Below are positions 17,783 through 27,084 of a stretch of 64,000 bases of DNA, piece after piece. Where the stretch lies: the IMG/VR virus record IMGVR_UViG_3300029288_000159, positions 7,498 to 71,497 of that record; one strand, written 5' to 3'. This DNA comes from a virus (lineage: Duplodnaviria > Caudoviricetes). Position 1 is the stretch's first letter. Each line of letters starts with the position of its first letter. The notes under the pieces were generated by a model. That model saw only the letters and a program-made list of their open reading frames with translations, was not told the DNA's origin and did no database searches. The position numbers and the translations under genes were made by a program.

Positions 17783-19348
17783 ATGCCCGGTACTATCAAT
17801 CTGACAGGTCTGCCGTCGAGCTATGCAGTCCCGCTGACGGCAATTGAAATACGCTTTGGGATGGGCCCGAGTGCAGGTGGCGCTGGCGTCTATTCCGCAC
17901 TTCTGATCGGAAACAAGACGAGTTCCGGGAGTGCCGCTGCAGCCACCGTATACCCCAACAGCACGACAGCGATGTCGACGGAGAACGACGTCATCACGCT
18001 CTTCGGGCCGGGCTCGGAAGCTCATCGCATGTACAAGCGGTTCGTAGCCAGCAATGGTGGCGCGACCACTTGTTACATCGTCGCTCCTGCAGAGGATGCA
18101 GGTGCTTCGGTGGGCACCATCACATTGACGTTCGCTACCACAGCGACGGGGCCAGGCGTTTCCCGCACCTACGTGGGCGATGAATTCGTCGACGTTGGCA
18201 TCTCCACTACCGATACTCCGGCGGAGATTGCGACAGCGGTAGCTCAGGCGATCAACAACGAGAGCAACTGGGCGGTGACTGCAGAGGCACCAGGCGGAGC
18301 TCCGACAACAGTCCTCATCACCTCGAAGAACAAGGGTCCTCGAGTCAATGAGATCCGCGTCCGCAGCATCATCATCGGGACGCCGGCGACAACCGTATCG
18401 GGTGCCGCCACCTCTACTGCATTGAGCGGTGGGGCGACGGAGGATGACTGGACGAACACTCTCGCCGAGATCCTCTCTTCTCGATACTACTACATCGTAT
18501 CTCCGTCGACATCCGTTGCGGGGCATACGTTTGATGATCTGCTTTCGCAGGTCCTCACGCAGGCATTGCCGGTCAATGGGACGCGCCAAGTCGTCATTGC
18601 TGGGTCAGTAGACACGCAATCGAACGCCAGCACTGTGGCCGCCAATGCGCTCGTGAACACACCACGAGCTCGCATCATATGGCAGGAGTCGAGCGAGTGG
18701 ACGGCAGGTGAACTCGCAGCCCATTACGCGGGAGCCAAGGCCCTGTTCGACACAACACGGAGCCCAAAGTTCAACTTCGATGGGTTCGGCTCGACGAACA
18801 CAACGCAACAATTCTGGAAGATCCCTCCTCAGAGCTTGAAGGCCAAGAGGCCGACAGCCGGCATCTCCGGAAGCATCTCAGCCGCGGTCAATAACGGTCT
18901 GACTTGCATCGCGACCCTGAAAGATGGCTCCGGAACGTACGTGGTCATGGATGTGACCACGAAGCACAAGAACGCCGGGAACTACGACTACCGCAATCGC
19001 GATGGTCACATCACAACGGTGTGTGACTTCTTTGCGGATGATTGCGAAGTCGTTCTCGATGAGATGCGTATAGGCAAAAACCTCGTCGACAATCCTCCGC
19101 AGGGCACCATCCTCACCGACCCAGACACGGTCTACCCGGCACTCGTGGGAGCTCGAGTGAAGAAGATCATCGACGACTACGGGGAGGACGGGAAGTTCAA
19201 GCACGTCGAGACCATCAAAGCCGGTACCTACTGGCAAATCTCCGCGGTCAATCAGAGCCGTTCCGAAGGCTATGTGCCCGCCCAAGTCGCCAACCTCCAC
19301 CACCAAGCGGTTCTCCTCGTCGACGATGTCTCGACGCTTACCGCATAA
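17783..19348 (+). CDS. Contractile tail sheath protein (Mu gpL-like)
   Basis: ALLIGNK...LFGPGSEAHRM...ITSKNKG motifs; 521 aa. Confidence 0.88.
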   Translation: MPGTINLTGLPSSYAVPLTAIEIRFGMGPSAGGAGVYSALLIGNKTSSGSAAAATVYPNSTTAMSTENDVITLFGPGSEAHRMYKRFVASNGGATTCYIVAPAEDAGASVGTITLTFATTATGPGVSRTYVGDEFVDVGISTTDTPAEIATAVAQAINNESNWAVTAEAPGGAPTTVLITSKNKGPRVNEIRVRSIIIGTPATTVSGAATSTALSGGATEDDWTNTLAEILSSRYYYIVSPSTSVAGHTFDDLLSQVLTQALPVNGTRQVVIAGSVDTQSNASTVAANALVNTPRARIIWQESSEWTAGELAAHYAGAKALFDTTRSPKFNFDGFGSTNTTQQFWKIPPQSLKAKRPTAGISGSISAAVNNGLTCIATLKDGSGTYVVMDVTTKHKNAGNYDYRNRDGHITTVCDFFADDCEVVLDEMRIGKNLVDNPPQGTILTDPDTVYPALVGARVKKIIDDYGEDGKFKHVETIKAGTYWQISAVNQSRSEGYVPAQVANLHHQAVLLVDDVSTLTA

Positions 19349-19363
19349 GGAAGGACGACGAAC

Positions 19364-19747
19364 ATGGCTACGAGCACACGACTCTACGCAAACATCACGG
19401 TCTACAAAGAGGGCGCTCTCTTCACCGAAGAGAATCAGGTCAGAATCACGAGAGACTACGGAAACAAGCCGGTCTACACGGTGGCGCGCGGTTGGGCTGG
19501 CATCGTGAAGGGTGCATCGGAGATTCGAGTGAGCATCCGGAGCGCTGTGCCATCGACAGGCGTCGAATATGACCCCGGCCCGGATGGCGTATCATGCGTG
19601 AAGCGAACGTACACGTTCGTTCGTGGAGGCCAGCAGCTCACCGCGGACTTGATGGTACTCACTGACGAGACAGGTCACCAGGTCAACAACGAATCAGAAA
19701 TGAACTACGATCTGATGGGCAAGATGACCCAATGGAGTCCGCTGTAA
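19364..19747 (+). CDS. Tail tube protein
   Basis: 127 aa, directly after the sheath. Confidence 0.7.
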   Translation: MATSTRLYANITVYKEGALFTEENQVRITRDYGNKPVYTVARGWAGIVKGASEIRVSIRSAVPSTGVEYDPGPDGVSCVKRTYTFVRGGQQLTADLMVLTDETGHQVNNESEMNYDLMGKMTQWSPL

Positions 19748-19750
19748 CCA

Positions 19751-20440
19751 ATGGCATTGCCCCCTACCAACATTGAGGCTGTGGACCTCTACGAGCGGCT
19801 CACGTCCATGCCTCGGCCGCATGAAATGGTCCCCTTCCCGCGCAAGGATGCGGAGGGGAACCCGATGGGTCAGATCCCCATCTGGCCTCTCAAGGAGAAT
19901 GAGATTCTGCAGGCGGAAGCCGCTGCAACGGCCTACACGCGCAAGCTCCTAGAGAACACTCCACAGCCCACAGGGGGCGACGATTTCGGCTACAGAGAGG
20001 TCTACAACAACGCGATGTGCACGGAGATCCTCCAACGTGCATGCCGCAAGGTGAAGGTCAATCCCGAGACGGGTGAGTCGACACCGTTCCTGAATTTGCC
20101 CCTTTTTCTGAAGACGGCCGACCTCCGGAATGCACTCATCCACGACGAAATCGGTGTGCTCTTCAACGAGTACATGCTCGTTCAGAGACAGCTAGGGCCC
20201 ATCGCGAATCAGTTATCCAAAGTCGAATGCGAGGCGTGGCTCAAGCGTCTGCAGGAGGGAGGGGAGCGCATGGGGCTCTCTTTTTTCTCCTGGGCGGCTC
20301 TGATCGACCTGGTGAGTTTTATGGTCGACCGGATCACGAGCTTACAGACGGAGCTATCCTCTGCTGGGTTGCCGCACGAAGATATCGAAAGTCCTACGAG
20401 TCCAACATCGAAGAGTGACGATAGCCCCACTCCAGTCTGA
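19751..20440 (+). CDS. Tail assembly chaperone
   Basis: Between tube and tape measure. Confidence 0.6.
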   Translation: MALPPTNIEAVDLYERLTSMPRPHEMVPFPRKDAEGNPMGQIPIWPLKENEILQAEAAATAYTRKLLENTPQPTGGDDFGYREVYNNAMCTEILQRACRKVKVNPETGESTPFLNLPLFLKTADLRNALIHDEIGVLFNEYMLVQRQLGPIANQLSKVECEAWLKRLQEGGERMGLSFFSWAALIDLVSFMVDRITSLQTELSSAGLPHEDIESPTSPTSKSDDSPTPV

Positions 20441-20513
20441 GGATAAGCCAATGGCCCGTATCGATCGTTCTGCAACATGTTCGGTCGATGCGGGCCTTTG
20501 CTGCATTTGAGAT

Positions 20514-22721
20514 ATGCCCGCACTTCCTCCCGTAACAGTTGACTTCCGAGTTGGCGGACTTCAAGGCGTAAAGCAAGCCTTCGCCAGCTTCGATCAGATG
20601 CTCGCTCAGCTCGAGCAGCGGGAGGGACAACGTGCATCTGCCGGAGCTCGCGCACGTGTAGAATCAGAAACGAAAGCCAGTGCCATCATTCGCCGAGGGC
20701 TCACCGAGGAAGAACGCACTCGGGAGAGAATGGCGAAAGAGGCCGAGCGAGCTGAAAAGCGAAAAGCCGACGAGGCTATCCACCAGGTCCAGCGTGAGAC
20801 TCGTGAGAAGGAGCGGCTGCAACAGCAATACGCCCGCCAGCACGAACGCATCGTCCAAACCTCTCTGAGGTGGGAGCAGACCGCACGAGAGCGGGCTGAC
20901 CGCGAAACTGAGCGGTCGATGCGCTCGGCAATGCAGCGTCGCGAGCGAATGATCCGAAGCGTTGGCGGTGTTGTAGGAGGTGGAGTCTCCGCAGGCATCG
21001 GGATGGCGGGCCGCCTGGCCGGCGTCGCTGCTGGCGTCATGGGAGGATTCTCCGTGGCTGGCGCGATGCAGGCTGGTATGCGCGAAGAGTCAATGGCCGG
21101 CGAATTGATTCGCGGGTCAGTCAATAGTTCAGGCGTCAATCGAGCGGATGTAGTGTCTGCGGCCAAAGCGCAGACGATTCGAGTTGGAGGTACGACCGAA
21201 GACAAGCTTGCTGGGCTAGGGACCTTCGTGCGCAAAACTGGTGATATGAAGGCGGCCATGGACATGTTGCAAGAGATGTCCGACTTGTCAGCAGCCACTG
21301 GTACTCACTTCGAGGACATGGGAAGCACGGCGGCCGAGGTATTCTCTCAGCTAAAAGAAGTCGGACAACAGAATCAGACTATGGGAGTGATGCGTTCTCT
21401 TGCCGGGATGGGCCGGGCCGGTGCAGTCGACATCAAGGATTTAGGACAATATGGTGGGAGATTGGCGGCCAGTGCAGCGATGTTCCAAGGAGACATATCA
21501 GGGAACATCGGCCAACTGGGCGCAGTAGCACAGCTGGCGAAAAGATTGGGTGGTGCAACAGATGCAGCCGAGGCGACAATGGCTGTGCAGCACCTTGGTG
21601 CTGATGTCGCCAGGCAACGAGCGCAGGAGCATCTCGCTAAATACGGAATCAACGTATGGGCGAACAAAGAGAAAACGATGCTCCGAGGTCCTGAGGATAT
21701 CATCACAGAGTCCGTGGCAAAAACAGGCGGGAACCTGCAAGCCCTGCAGGAGATCTTCGGAGAGCGATCAATCCGTGCCGTGCGTGGAGCTCAGGTCGCC
21801 TATCGCAGAGCGGGCGGCGGATCGGCGGGAGAAGCTGCAATTCGTGCCCAGTTTCAAGAGCTACGCACGACGGCTCTGTCGAAGGAGGACGTCTCTCGAG
21901 ATGTGGCGATGGCCAAGGAGGAGACAGAGCGAAAATTGCAGATCGCAACGGAGGAATACCATAAGGTCCTGCAAGACAAGCTCCTGCCCCTGCTCCCTCA
22001 ACTGGTGAATCACCTCACGGCACTCGTTCCGGCTCTCTCGCGATTCCTCGGGTTTTTGGCGGAGAATCCGTTTAAGGGGATTGGACTCATCCTCACCGCG
22101 GCAATCACCGGAGAAATTGCGAAAGCCGGCCTAGGACTCGCCGTGAAGTCGGCCATCGAAGCCGCCCTTCGCGGCTTACTTCCCCCCGCTGCATCTGGAG
22201 CCGCTGGCGCTGCTCCGGCCGCTGCTGGACTGCTCGGGAAGGCCGCGGCGGCAACAGGAGCCAGCAGTGGGTTAGGCCTCCTCGCTGGTGCTGCACTGCC
22301 CGTTGCAGCCGGTGTGGCGGCAGGAGCAGGCGCAGCAGCATACTTCCAGACGACGAGCGACAAGACTCGAGCCGGCGTTGCAGAGCTCATCGCACAAGCA
22401 CAGACCCCAGCCGACGCGGGTGCGGCAAAGGGAAATGTTGCACGCCTGCAGGAGATGGTGGAAAAGGCCAAGGCCTCGAAGAAGTTCGAGCAAATGGTGG
22501 CCACCAGCCCGGTACCGCTCCCGCTGGCGAGCTCGAAGACGGCGGAGACCCATGTCCTCGCCGAGTCTCTCCCGAAACTCACACAGGCCCTCGAGGAGGC
22601 CACGCGCAAGCTCAATGAGTTCGGAGGTGCCGCGGGCGAGGCGAAGGACCAACTCGGCACTGGCGACGGGCGTGCGAGTCAGACGGACCCATCGAGAGGG
22701 CCGATTCAGATCGGACACTGA
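20514..22721 (+). CDS. Tape measure protein
   Basis: 735 aa, Ala/Gly-rich helical with an N-terminal coiled coil. Confidence 0.82.
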   Translation: MPALPPVTVDFRVGGLQGVKQAFASFDQMLAQLEQREGQRASAGARARVESETKASAIIRRGLTEEERTRERMAKEAERAEKRKADEAIHQVQRETREKERLQQQYARQHERIVQTSLRWEQTARERADRETERSMRSAMQRRERMIRSVGGVVGGGVSAGIGMAGRLAGVAAGVMGGFSVAGAMQAGMREESMAGELIRGSVNSSGVNRADVVSAAKAQTIRVGGTTEDKLAGLGTFVRKTGDMKAAMDMLQEMSDLSAATGTHFEDMGSTAAEVFSQLKEVGQQNQTMGVMRSLAGMGRAGAVDIKDLGQYGGRLAASAAMFQGDISGNIGQLGAVAQLAKRLGGATDAAEATMAVQHLGADVARQRAQEHLAKYGINVWANKEKTMLRGPEDIITESVAKTGGNLQALQEIFGERSIRAVRGAQVAYRRAGGGSAGEAAIRAQFQELRTTALSKEDVSRDVAMAKEETERKLQIATEEYHKVLQDKLLPLLPQLVNHLTALVPALSRFLGFLAENPFKGIGLILTAAITGEIAKAGLGLAVKSAIEAALRGLLPPAASGAAGAAPAAAGLLGKAAAATGASSGLGLLAGAALPVAAGVAAGAGAAAYFQTTSDKTRAGVAELIAQAQTPADAGAAKGNVARLQEMVEKAKASKKFEQMVATSPVPLPLASSKTAETHVLAESLPKLTQALEEATRKLNEFGGAAGEAKDQLGTGDGRASQTDPSRGPIQIGH

Positions 22722-22723
22722 CC

Positions 22724-23662
22724 ATGGCGAAAGCGCGAGACCTCGACATCCTGCTCCAATTTCTCCCTGCCTCATGGCGCGGAGTGCCCTTCCCCGTTGC
22801 CGATTTCGACATCTCATGGAGCCACGATCATGCCGTCCACAAGGTATACAAGCAGCCCGTCTCCAACATCGAAACTACCGGACGTAATAGTCGAGAATTC
22901 GGATTCGACATTCCCTTTCGAAACGGAGTCATTCCTGGACCCACCGAAGATGACCTGCGAGGACGGATCCTCTACCCGGACGTATATCTGGCTTTCGTCG
23001 ACGCTTTCAACGAAGACACCGCAGGAGACTTGATCCACCCTTCAGTGGGAAAAGTAAACTGCAAGCCGGGGCAGATAAGAGTTATCGGGAGCGCGCAATC
23101 ACGCGATGGCGTGATGGTGCATGCGACGTTCACCGAGTCGGATGATACCCCAGAAGGGAATGCCCCTCCTCCGGATTCTCCTGCCCCAATGACTGGAATC
23201 GCATCGGAAGCCGAGAATCTCGATACGATGCTTCTCGTCCTCAAGCCTCCTCCCCTAGACGATGACACCGGGGAACCGTTTACATCATTCGCCCAATTCG
23301 GCGCTCTCCTGCGAGCTCCGTTCGACACACTCTCGCTTCTCTCGACTCGAGTTGGCAACGCCATCGCAGCGTTTGGGGATCAGCTCGACCGCCTGCAGGA
23401 GTCAGTCTCCCGGCTCAACGACGTGAGCATGTGGCCCATCCTAGACTCGATTGGAAAACTGCGAGACAGTCTCATCGATCTCACTGTCGCAGGTCAGAAA
23501 GAGGCACTCAAACTCCACAAGTACGTGACCCCGCACGATATGACAGTGAGTGACATCTCGAACTTCCTGCAGGTCGATTTCGAATCGCTCATCTTGGCGA
23601 ACCCATTTCTGTGTGACAGTCCCATCGTGGTGGAGAACACCACTGTCATCTACCAGCGATGA
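22724..23662 (+). CDS. DNA circularization N-terminal domain protein (Mu gpN-like) with C-terminal LysM-like segment
   Basis: LPASWRGVPF...IETTGR...LIHPSVG motifs. Confidence 0.82.
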   Translation: MAKARDLDILLQFLPASWRGVPFPVADFDISWSHDHAVHKVYKQPVSNIETTGRNSREFGFDIPFRNGVIPGPTEDDLRGRILYPDVYLAFVDAFNEDTAGDLIHPSVGKVNCKPGQIRVIGSAQSRDGVMVHATFTESDDTPEGNAPPPDSPAPMTGIASEAENLDTMLLVLKPPPLDDDTGEPFTSFAQFGALLRAPFDTLSLLSTRVGNAIAAFGDQLDRLQESVSRLNDVSMWPILDSIGKLRDSLIDLTVAGQKEALKLHKYVTPHDMTVSDISNFLQVDFESLILANPFLCDSPIVVENTTVIYQR

Positions 23663-24885
23663 CCATCGGTGACGAATCAGTTGTCCTTGAGGTGGGCGGC
23701 AAGAAGATTGCTCGGTGGGAGAACTACTCGTTCAACAACCATTTCCTCATCCCGGCCGATGGGTTCAGCTTCTCGATCGGCGGTGATTCGCTCACGCCAG
23801 ATCTCATCAAGATGTTGAAGCCTGGCTTGGCCGTGAAGCTTACGATCGATGGCAACGTACAAGCATCCGGCTTCATCGACCGCATTGTGCCGCGCACCAA
23901 TCGCAGTGGAGGAGGGACGATTACAGTCGAGGGCCGAGACAAGTTCGGCAGCGTGCTCGACTCTCAGATCGATCCACGCAAAAAGTGGAAGGATACGACA
24001 CTCGAGAAATTCATCATCGACACGCTAGGCCCATTCGGATTCACCACGTTTTTCGTGGACAACGAAGCAAACACGAATGTGGCGGCTGGCAAGGCCGTAA
24101 AGAGAAACAAGAAGCCAAAGAAGCTGAGTGAGTACAAGAGCTCATACGCGAAGCCTCAAAACAACGAATGCGTGTTCTCGTTCGTCTCTCGCATCACACA
24201 GCATTTGGGTCTCTGGATCTGGCCGACGGTCGATGGTGACGGAGTAGTCGTAGGCGTTCCGGACTTCGCACAGAAGGCTCGCTATCGCATCGTGATGCGC
24301 ATGCGCGGGGGCTCGCAGAATACGGCCCTCGAAGGCGGGGTAACGCGCGACTACACCGGTCAGCCGAGCTTCATCGTGGGGCGCGGGCGCATCCCGGGAA
24401 AGACCTTCGAGCGCACGAAGACGTCGGTCACACTCACGAGCAATTTGGCTGCATCGGGCACGCAAACGCCAGCACTCAAAGCGGTGGGAGAGAGCCCGTT
24501 TATCGATCATCTCGGATACCAAATAGAGAAAGAGACCGTCGTCGTCCCAGCGAAACCAGTCGAATGGGCGAATGAATTCGCTTCGACGGTGGCGAGGCCC
24601 ATCTTTCTCACGGATGACCACTCAAAAGACATCGAAGAGCTCAAGAAGTTCGTCCAACGCGAGATGTCGCTCCGCACTCGACACGCGGTGACCGGGCATT
24701 ACATTGTGGCGGGGCACACGCAGAATGACGTTCCGTGGACCATCGATAGCATCTGCGATGTCAGCGACGAGGTCTCCGATTGGGAGCGCCCCATGTGGAT
24801 CTTGAGCCGTACATTTCGAAAAGATCGTTCGTCCGGGACGACGACTGAATTGGAGCTTTTGCCCCTCGATTCTCTCGTTTTCTGA
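23659..24885 (+). CDS. Baseplate hub (Mu gpP/gp44-like)
   Basis: WENYS...IPADGFSF...VEGRDK...LDSQ motifs. Confidence 0.82.
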   Translation: MTIGDESVVLEVGGKKIARWENYSFNNHFLIPADGFSFSIGGDSLTPDLIKMLKPGLAVKLTIDGNVQASGFIDRIVPRTNRSGGGTITVEGRDKFGSVLDSQIDPRKKWKDTTLEKFIIDTLGPFGFTTFFVDNEANTNVAAGKAVKRNKKPKKLSEYKSSYAKPQNNECVFSFVSRITQHLGLWIWPTVDGDGVVVGVPDFAQKARYRIVMRMRGGSQNTALEGGVTRDYTGQPSFIVGRGRIPGKTFERTKTSVTLTSNLAASGTQTPALKAVGESPFIDHLGYQIEKETVVVPAKPVEWANEFASTVARPIFLTDDHSKDIEELKKFVQREMSLRTRHAVTGHYIVAGHTQNDVPWTIDSICDVSDEVSDWERPMWILSRTFRKDRSSGTTTELELLPLDSLVF

Positions 24886-24899
24886 TACAGGATGCAGGC

Positions 24900-25142
24900 A
24901 TGTTCAATATCACACATTATGTTCTGTTTCAGAATGGCGATGCGTGGATAGCTCAGTTGCTCGAAAAAGATCTCAATGGGCAAGGATCGACGAAAGAAGA
25001 AGCATTGCATAGCCTCAAGAGGACCATTTGGGGACAAATGGAAGTGGATAAGCACTTCGGGCATATTCTGTTGGGCGATTTAGGCCCAGCCCCATCAATA
25101 TACTGGAGCATGGAACGATGCCAGTTGAAGCTTTTCGTGTAG
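24900..25142 (+). CDS. HicB-like fold protein without a HicA partner
   Basis: WIAQLLEKDLNGQGSTKEEALHSL matches the HicB N-terminal pattern; locally AT-richer. Confidence 0.55.
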   Translation: MFNITHYVLFQNGDAWIAQLLEKDLNGQGSTKEEALHSLKRTIWGQMEVDKHFGHILLGDLGPAPSIYWSMERCQLKLFV

Positions 25143-25771
25143 AAGAATGTCTCTCATGCACGCGCGATGCGACGACAGGAGCCATTCTGCTCACCATCGG
25201 CGATGTGCTGCATGAACGGGTAGAGGATTCAGACGTCCCCCTGTTCCAGACTCCGGGGTTCGTGAGCCGCCCTGCGGTGCCCGACCCGAAGGCTTCCGGA
25301 GCCGAATTCGTGGTGCTTCGAAGTGTCGACTCCGATGTCGCAATCGCTGGCCGGGACCTTCGGGGTCATGCGATTGCTGGCACTTTGCTCGATGGAGAGA
25401 GCTGCGTCTACGCGCCAGCGGGGCAAGGCCGCATCCTTCTGAAGGCTGATGGCTCGGTCACCATGTACACGACCTCCGATAACACGGAGTCTGGTGACTC
25501 GGTGTTCTGTAGCATCTCCCCGACCGGCATCAAAATAGGCGGCCCGTGGGGCGTACTCTCGATGGACTCAGACGGCGTACGCGTTCTCTCGTCGAAGGGC
25601 TCCGCGCTCACCCTCGCCACTGATGCATCGCTTGCCGGCCAGAGCGCATCCCTCAATGGTGCCGGGAATGCCTCAGTGGCTGCCGGCGTCTTGAATCCCG
25701 CACAAGGTATCGCCTATTCATCTGCAGGACCGGTCAATCTCGTATCGCTGACCTGCACTGTGTCGCCGTGA
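25118..25771 (+). CDS. Baseplate spike (Mu gp45-like)
   Basis: PLFQTPGFVSRP...GESCVY...ILLKADG motifs. Confidence 0.78.
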   Translation: MPVEAFRVEECLSCTRDATTGAILLTIGDVLHERVEDSDVPLFQTPGFVSRPAVPDPKASGAEFVVLRSVDSDVAIAGRDLRGHAIAGTLLDGESCVYAPAGQGRILLKADGSVTMYTTSDNTESGDSVFCSISPTGIKIGGPWGVLSMDSDGVRVLSSKGSALTLATDASLAGQSASLNGAGNASVAAGVLNPAQGIAYSSAGPVNLVSLTCTVSP

Positions 25772-26079
25772 GTCTCTGCAATTTCTCGCTCTTTACGATC
25801 ATCATCCCGCCGATCCCTCTGCCGGCGATACCATCGCTCCCAAGCTTTTCGCTCTCGTTTACGATCCCAGGGCTGAACCTCCCGTACACGCTCTCGCTCG
25901 CCATCCCGGCAATCCCGTTGCCTGCCATTCCTAGTCTACCATCGTTCTCGCTCTCGTTCACGATCCCCGGATTGAACTTGCCCTATACGCTGAGTCTGAC
26001 GATCCCGGCGATCCCGCTCCCCGCCATCCCGAGCCTGCCAAGCTTCACTCTGCCGTCGCTCTACTGCCCGCTCGACTGA
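25768..26079 (+). CDS. Pro/Leu/Ser-rich protein made of 33-aa tandem repeats
   Basis: About 2.5 copies of IPAIPLPAIPSLPSFSLSFTIPGLNLPYTLSL, with synonymous divergence between copies. Confidence 0.75.
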   Translation: MSLCNFSLFTIIIPPIPLPAIPSLPSFSLSFTIPGLNLPYTLSLAIPAIPLPAIPSLPSFSLSFTIPGLNLPYTLSLTIPAIPLPAIPSLPSFTLPSLYCPLD

Positions 26080-26467
26080 CCGTCACGACGTCGTTGGGTT
26101 TCACGTGCGGGAATGGCGAGGCCAGGACCACGTGCACGGACCCATCGATCCCATGATGCGCTACGATGGTGCTCGTGTAGATGACGAGGTCGATCGAATC
26201 GAACATCGATAACTGCGTCACTCCGTCGACGAACATGTCGTACGGCGGGTAGTGACGCTCTCCACTCGACACGACGAAAGCCGACGGTGTCACGACATTC
26301 TCCCAATCTACTACGAGGGCGGTCTGACCCTCAATCGTCGATGTACTGATGGGGTCTTGTGGCGCCCCCGAGCAGCCATTCACCAATAAGAGTCCCAGAA
26401 ACAATAGCGCAATGTATTGCGCCTGCGCTCTGCGGTCGTGTTCCTGCCAATATTCGACGTTGTTCAT
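26045..26467 (-). CDS. Antisense-oriented putative lipoprotein carrying a paralog of a baseplate-J domain
   Basis: Hydrophobic signal ending LVNG-C; mature part aligns to baseplate J at ~28090-28380. Confidence 0.75.
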   Translation of the reverse strand: MNNVEYWQEHDRRAQAQYIALLFLGLLLVNGCSGAPQDPISTSTIEGQTALVVDWENVVTPSAFVVSSGERHYPPYDMFVDGVTQLSMFDSIDLVIYTSTIVAHHGIDGSVHVVLASPFPHVKPNDVVTVSRAGSRATAE

Positions 26468-26546
26468 GATTGACCTCCGTGAACAAGCATATCGACTTCA
26501 TTGTATCCGTCCAGAGCATCTGTAATCTGCCAACGATATCAAGCAC

Positions 26547-27002
26547 ATGTCCTACCTCCCGATAGTCGGCACAGGGCCCTTTGGTGCGGGGACTCCCATC
26601 CCACCATCCCCTCCACCTGCTCCCGTCCTTGGGTCGTCCCGAGAGATTGGGACAGGGCCGGAGAACCGTGGCCAATACGTGATAGATGCGACTAGTGGCC
26701 ACCCTATCTACGATACGGATGTGCGACAGTTGGCGATCATCGCTTTGACAACATCACTCAATTCGAGTTGTGTTTTGGGTTTGGGCCGCGATCCGGAACC
26801 GCCCACGATCGACGACAATTTCCCCGAGCAGAAGCGGGCTCAGATCGATGCGGCGTTGGCTGATCTGGTGAAGGCCAAGATGCTTTCCGTCTCATCGATG
26901 CAGATCATCGAGAGCGTGGGGACGGGGCTCGGGCGGACCATCACGCTATTGCATCTGAAGGATCTGTCGAACAATCAGCCCTTCAGCCTCAATCTCTCAT
27001 AG
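26547..27002 (+). CDS. Baseplate wedge protein (Mu gp46/gp25-like)
   Basis: Position before baseplate J; QLAIIAL...IDAALADLV pattern. Confidence 0.6.
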   Translation: MSYLPIVGTGPFGAGTPIPPSPPPAPVLGSSREIGTGPENRGQYVIDATSGHPIYDTDVRQLAIIALTTSLNSSCVLGLGRDPEPPTIDDNFPEQKRAQIDAALADLVKAKMLSVSSMQIIESVGTGLGRTITLLHLKDLSNNQPFSLNLS

Positions 27003-27084
27003 TCCAAATAACTGAATGCCCCCGGACCATCCGGAGGCATTCAGCAGCTCGCAGCCTGAATCGGAGGTCGTCTCCGAGTAGAGG

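Noticed and set aside
20274-20290. T-run in the tail chaperone as a programmed frameshift site
   Set aside because: No convincing XXXYYYZ heptamer with an extended alternative frame; the ORF already spans the interval.
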